Shown here: piece after piece, positions 58,483-64,000 of the stretch | Layout: each line of letters starts with the position of its first letter | Numbering within the stretch: position 1 is the stretch's first letter | Source: Eledone cirrhosa | Taxonomy: Eukaryota | Length of the DNA stretch: 64,000 nt | Direction of reading: 5' to 3' | Assembly: GCA_964016885.1 (NCBI GenBank) | Contig: OZ024741.1 | Span: 214,086,001 to 214,150,000, forward strand | Made by a program: the position numbers and the translations under genes | Notes under the pieces: generated by a model | Database searches by the model: none | What the model saw: the letters and a program-made list of their open reading frames with translations, nothing else | Told to the model about the DNA's origin: nothing

Positions 58483-58957
58483 GCTATTTTTAAAACCAAA
58501 CATTGACTGTTCTATTATTATTTCTGACAATATCATAACAATATGACCCTCCCCAAATATAACTATATATATATATAATTTCCACGGAGTATTGTCAGAT
58601 ATATAATACGTGATATGTTTAGACTGCCAATACAGTGCAGGTACAAATATGAACATGTTACTATTGTAAAGGATGACAATTAATGTTTTTTCTTACCCAA
58701 TATATTTAATCGTGATATTTCCAGGTAAATACCTTCTTTTGAAATGAATGTACAAAAATGACCAAAAAAAATATAATAAAACGATACGTCCTGTTCTAAG
58801 GGACCTTTGAAAAGAATGTATTTTACCTTGAAATATTATAGTTGAATATATTGGGGGAAAAAACATAATTTAGGTTTGTTTGTCATCCTTCACCTTAGTG
58901 CCACCTTCATATTTCTATCCAGATAGTACCGACTTTCTAAACATTTTATAACTTATA

Positions 58958-59281
58958 AAGGGTAAAGACACCCCTTCGGTCACGAAACAATGGGATTTGC
59001 ACCTAGAATGTTACTCCTCTGAGGCACAAACCTGGGCCAGATTGTTTGTAGAAAACCAGCAGTTGCCGCTGCATATCAGTCATCGCTGTCCACGCCAACG
59101 ATGTTGTCCAAGGGAAAGGATGATAAAGCTTGGCACCAGTGACTTTGCGACACATTTCTACAGTTGAGTGAACTGGAGCAACGTGAAATAAAGTGTCTTG
59201 CTGAAGAACGCAGCGCATAACCCGTTTCAGAAATCGAACTCACTACCTCATGATTGCAAACCTTACGCTCTAGCCACTAAG
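58958..59281 (-). mobile_element. SINE family B, full length
   Basis: tRNA-like head at 59225-59281, then GAGTGAACTGGAGCAACGTGAAATAAAGTGTCTTGC body and a long tail. Confidence 0.8.
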
Positions 59282-59729
59282 TAGACCAGGGCGGAATTTG
59301 AACGCAGAGTGGTGATAGCCTAAATAAATACTGAAAAACATTCCAGCCCACCTTTTACCAACTCTGTTAATCCGCCACCTGTACAAACGTGTGTGTGTCT
59401 CATTAGGTTTCCAGGTGTAAGAATAAGGGTCTAATGTAGAGTGTCTTACTATATATATGATGCGTCATCATCGTCACACCTGAGAGGCCAACTAATAATT
59501 CTAAAGATTCTATAACATGCAGGTGTGCTCTTTCAAAGGAAATAATATTTCGCAATTTCCACACTTGATTACATTTCTTTATTAGCTAGCTGCTTTCTAG
59601 TTCAAATAGGAACGCCACATCGTGGTCAAGCGATCCTATGATCCGGCATTGCCAAGTAGTTAGAGTATTGGATTCGTGATCCGGGTAACGGCTGGTTTTT
59701 GAGAAAGATTATTCATTTTATGATACTTT

Positions 59730-60460
59730 TCCTGATAGGACTGGGGTCCCTATGCTTAATACACTAAATAAACTTCCTATGAGATGCCACGTTGTTTGAA
59801 AGACAGCTAAACCTGCACAAATGTGAAAAGTAACAACATGATAGGACTGGGACCTTTGTCATTAAAATACCGAAAAACCTTATATGTAATGCATCCACGT
59901 AGGAAGGCAGCTAAACCTACATAGATGTGAACTGTAGTAACATGATAGGGCTGTGGCCCTTATCATTAAAACACCTACGAACCACCCTATGCCATGCAAC
60001 CTCATAGAATGATAGCTAAACTTACACAGGTGGGATATGTAACAACAACAATGTAATACGTCTGGGACCTCTCTCAATAAAACACAAAAGAAAACTCACT
60101 TGATGTGGACTAACAACATGATAGAACTGAGTACCTCTCATTAAAACACTCAAGAAACCTATATCATAAACCTCGTTAGGGTTCTGGTACCCCTACATAG
60201 GTGTTAGCTGTAACCACAATATTATAGGAGTGTAGTCCTTCTCATTAAAACTCCCATGTAGGAGACCAGTTAAACTTATACAGATGTGGACTAACAATAA
60301 CATGATAGGTCTGGGCACCTATCATTAAAACACTCAAGAAACCTATATCATAAACCTCGTTGGTGTTCAGGTAAACCTACATAGATGCTAGCTGTAACTA
60401 CAATGTCATAGGACTGTAGTCCCTCTCATTAAAACCTACAAAGAAACTCACATGCGATGT
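59730..60460 (-). repeat. Satellite family S
   Basis: CATGATAGGACTGG..TATCATTAAAACAC..GCTAAACCTACA units. Confidence 0.75.
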
Positions 60461-60849
60461 AGTATTGAAGGGGTCCAGTTAAATAAGAGTAAGTTATGTA
60501 TTTCATATTTTCATTTCAGGAAATCATTAACTATAAATATATATTCCAGATAATTCTATGCACCAACATATTTCTGCTTGTCTTCCTCTTCTCTCAATCT
60601 TTTCTATATTTCATCTACTTGCCACCCACTTCGTCGATTATCCTTCTGCCTACCATTGGCTGCTGGTCTCTGTCCTTGCCCATCGCTGTCATTGACAGCA
60701 ATTGGCTGTTTTAACAGACAATTTCTCTTTTTTCTATGAATATATATATTAGAAAAAACGAGCAAGTTTCGTTTCCATGTATAAGATATTTATTGTGTAT
60801 CGACCTATTGCGCTCGTTTCCCAGAGGATTGGCTCAAAGTCACTCATAG

Positions 60850-61202
60850 TTTAATATAGAAATGGCTTCTACAAGACTAGAACTGTTTCATTCAAGAGAA
60901 ATCATCAGGAAAGCACTGATGATTTCTTTTGAATGAAACAATTAGAGTCTTGTAGAAGCCATTTCTATATTAAATTTGATGTTTACACTCTACTAATATA
61001 GTGTGTACCTTGCTGTGGTTACCCTCGAATGAACCCGGGACTCTCTCACACACATATATATATATATACATATGTGTGTGTGTATCTTCTAAAGAACTAG
61101 ACCTGTTTGATTCGAAGAAAATCATCAGGAAAGCTTGATGTACTTAGGCTACTATGTATTGAGTACTTTACTTACTGTGGTTACCCTCGACTGAACCCGG
61201 GG
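60850..61202. mobile_element. Two fold-back PLE family 2 termini with hammerheads
   Basis: 60850-60974 is a palindrome with arms of about 59 bp and a GAAAGCA spacer. Each arm reads CTGATGA-TTTC..GAAT-GAAA-CA..TG-TA-GAAGCC. Confidence 0.8.
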
Positions 61203-61215
61203 CACACACACACAG

Positions 61216-61289
<74 letters not shown>

Positions 61290-61679
61290 TCCGGTTAGGG
61301 TGAAATATTCTTCATTTGTCTTGAAAGTAGTAACTCGTCTTGTTTCTGATATTCTGTGTATTATCCTCAAATCCTTCCATTTTTAATACGTGATAGTTTG
61401 ATCTGGTTGAGGTTTGACTATTATTTCTGACAGATCAGGCTTCGACATGGAAGCAGATATTTTACAGATAATTAAGTAATTTATCTAGTTAATTAACTTG
61501 GTAATTACTTAATTAGGGTATGTTTATTAATTACTTATGTGGTTGATTAGTTTAGCTAGTTTGCTTGATTAGTTAACACGTTAATTGCACAGTTAAATCT
61601 GAGATGTACTAAATCGCCAGTTTGCTTTTAATTATTATTCTACGCTAATTTATGGTGGATCAGATTCATCACGGCAGCT

Positions 61680-62805
61680 TCTGTTAGAGGCTGTTACAGC
61701 TTACACTTAAAGATTGCCTCAAACAAGGTTGTTTCATAACAGCTTTCTAAGATATTTCAAGGATACTGGTCCCATTTCTATGACATTGTTAGAGCTCACA
61801 TTTATGAAGTTGTATCTCATAGGAGGAGGTTTACAGCTCATACTTATGTAGGTTTAGAAGGCCTCCTATGAGAATGTATCAAAAGTGAGTTTCCCATGTT
61901 TTAATGATAAGGGTCTCATTCGTATAACATTGTTAGGGCTCCCATTTACTAAGTTGTGTGTCACAGGGGAAGGTTTATAGCTTATATTTATGTCGGTTTA
62001 GCAGGTCTCCTATCCTGATTTCTCGTGTGTTTTAGTGAAACGGGTCCCATTCCTATGACATTGTTAGAGCTCACACCTACGATGTTGTATCTCATAGGAG
62101 GACGGTTACAGATGTTTAGGTGGTCTCCTGTGAGAATGTGTCATAGGAGGTTTCTCAGATATTTTAAGGATATTAATCCCATTCCTATGATATAGTTAAG
62201 GCTCACATTTACTAAGTTGCATCTCATAGGAGGAGGTTTATATCTCACACTTATGTAGGTTTAGTTGGCCTCTTATGTGAATATATCATAGGAGATTTCT
62301 TAGATGTTTTAATGTTACGGATCCCATTTGTATGACATTGTTAGCACTTACGAGCTCACACGAATCACACAGGAAGAGGTTTATATCTCACACTTATGTA
62401 GGTTTAGTTGGTTCCCTATGAGATAGTATCATAGGAGGTTTCTGGGAGTTTTAATGATACACGTCTCGTTCCTATGATGTCGCTACACCTCACATATTTG
62501 TAGATTTAGAAGACCTCCTTTGTGGTTGTATCTCATAGGTTCCTCGGATTTTATGGTAAAGGCCACAGTGTTGTTCTTGCAGTCCACACTTATGTAGGTT
62601 CAGCTGGCCTCCTATAAGGTTATATAGCATAGAAAGTTTTTCAGGTGTTTTAATGATAGAGGCTCCAGTGTTATTACTACAACTCACAATTACGATCACT
62701 TATAAGTTTATATCTCAGGTTTTTCCAGGGGTTTTAATGATAGGGGCCACATTCTACTTATGTGTTGTTGTTACAGATGTAATTTTAGCTGGCCTTCTAC
62801 GTGTG
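61680..62805 (+). repeat. Satellite family S, longer derived unit
   Basis: GTTGTATCTCATAGGAGG..CTTATGTAGGTTTAG.TGGCC..TTTTAATGATA repeats. Confidence 0.8.
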
Positions 62806-62954
62806 TTACCCCATGTGTGGCACAGCGGCATCGAACCCAAAATAAGGATTATTACAAAGCGTTCTCCTTAAACGCACAGCTAGCTGGGTGGGGGAAGGAA
62901 GAAAGGTGGAATTGTAAGACATATGATGAGGAATAAAGGAACAAAAAGATTTAA

Positions 62955-64000
62955 TTGGATGGTGGTGGTGGTGGTAGTAGTGATGATGGTGGTGGTGGTG
63001 GTGTATATGGTGGTGGTAGTGATGGTGTCGGTGGTAGTGGTGGTGGTGATGGTGGTGGTAGTGGTGGTGTCGGTGGTAGTGGTGGTGGTAGTGATGGTGG
63101 TGGTGGTAGTGATGGTGGTGGTGGTGGTGGTGTATATGGTGGTGGTAGTGATGGCGTCGGTGGTGGTGGTGGTAGTGATGGTGGTGGTGGTGGTGGTGGT
63201 AGTGGTGGTAGTGGTGGTGGTAGTGATGGTGGTGGTAGTGATGGTGTCGGTGGTGGTGTATATGGTGGTGGTAGTGGTGGTGTAGGTGGTGGTGGTGGTA
63301 GTGATGATGTTAGTAGTGATGGTGGTGTTGTTGATGGTGGTGGTGTTGATGGTGGTGGTAGTGATGGTGTCGGTGGTGGTAGTGGTGGTGTCGGTGGTAG
63401 TGGTGGTGGTAGTGATGGTGGTGGTGGTGGTGATGTATATGGTGGTGGTAGTGATAGTGTCGGTGGTGGTGTATATGGTGGTGGTAGTGGTGGTGTCGGT
63501 GGTGGTGGTGGTGTATATGGTGGTGGTAGTGATGGTGTCGGTGGTGTTTATGTTGGTGGTAGTGATGGTAGTGGTGGTGGTGATGTTTATTGTGGTGGTA
63601 GTGGTGGTAGTGGTGGTGGTGGTGGTGGTGGTGATGTTTATTTTGGTGGTAGTGGTGGTGGTGGTGGTGGTGGTGGTGATGTTTATTGTGGTGGTAGTGG
63701 TGGTAGTGGTGGTAGTGGTGGTGGTGGTGGTGGTGGTGATGGTTATTGTGGTGGTAGTGGTGGTGGTTGTAATAATGCTGCTGCTGCTGATTACCATTAT
63801 TACTGTGGTAATTATGGTTATTTGTAGTGTAGTGGGAGTGGTGGTATTGGTGACGTGGGTGGTCCTAGTGTTGGTGAAGGTGGTGGCGGTGGTGGTAAAG
63901 GTGGTGGTGGTGGTCCTAGTGTTGGTGAAGGTGGTGGTGGTGATGGTGGCGGTGGTGGTGGCGGTGTTAATGGCAGCAGTGTTGAAGTTGGTGGTGACGG
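62955..64000. repeat. (GGT)n-based low-complexity tract
   Basis: Direct reading. Confidence 0.95.

Overview
AT-rich, gene-poor metazoan DNA dominated by (TA)n, (CA)n, (CATA)n, (GATA)n and triplet microsatellites. The SINE families and overall texture look like an octopod cephalopod (Octopus); this is an inference. I found no convincing host exon, and nearly all ORFs in the supplied track are simple-repeat artefacts. The one real long reading frame is missing from the track because it runs off the left edge: an uninterrupted Penelope-like element (PLE) reverse transcriptase at 1260..1 on the minus strand (TLKDHK, FIQFDIESYY, GLYRDDGL). Upstream of it is a near-perfect fold-back of its pseudo-LTR (about 610-bp arms, 20-nt spacer). 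Each arm carries a type I hammerhead ribozyme with a non-canonical, compensatory U3:A8 core (UUGAGAA instead of CUGANGA). The rest of the window holds about ten more hammerhead-like motifs and several small fold-back PLE termini inside microsatellites, many sharing an ATTGAGTAC motif near the 3' end. It also contains remnants of Tx1, R4/Dong and RTE LINEs, each tied to a particular microsatellite, plus non-autonomous Helitrons, a Tc1/mariner-type MITE, two tRNA-SINE families, satellites apparently derived from SINE segments, and two YY1-rich putative regulatory islands. All of this was read by eye, and repeat boundaries are approximate.
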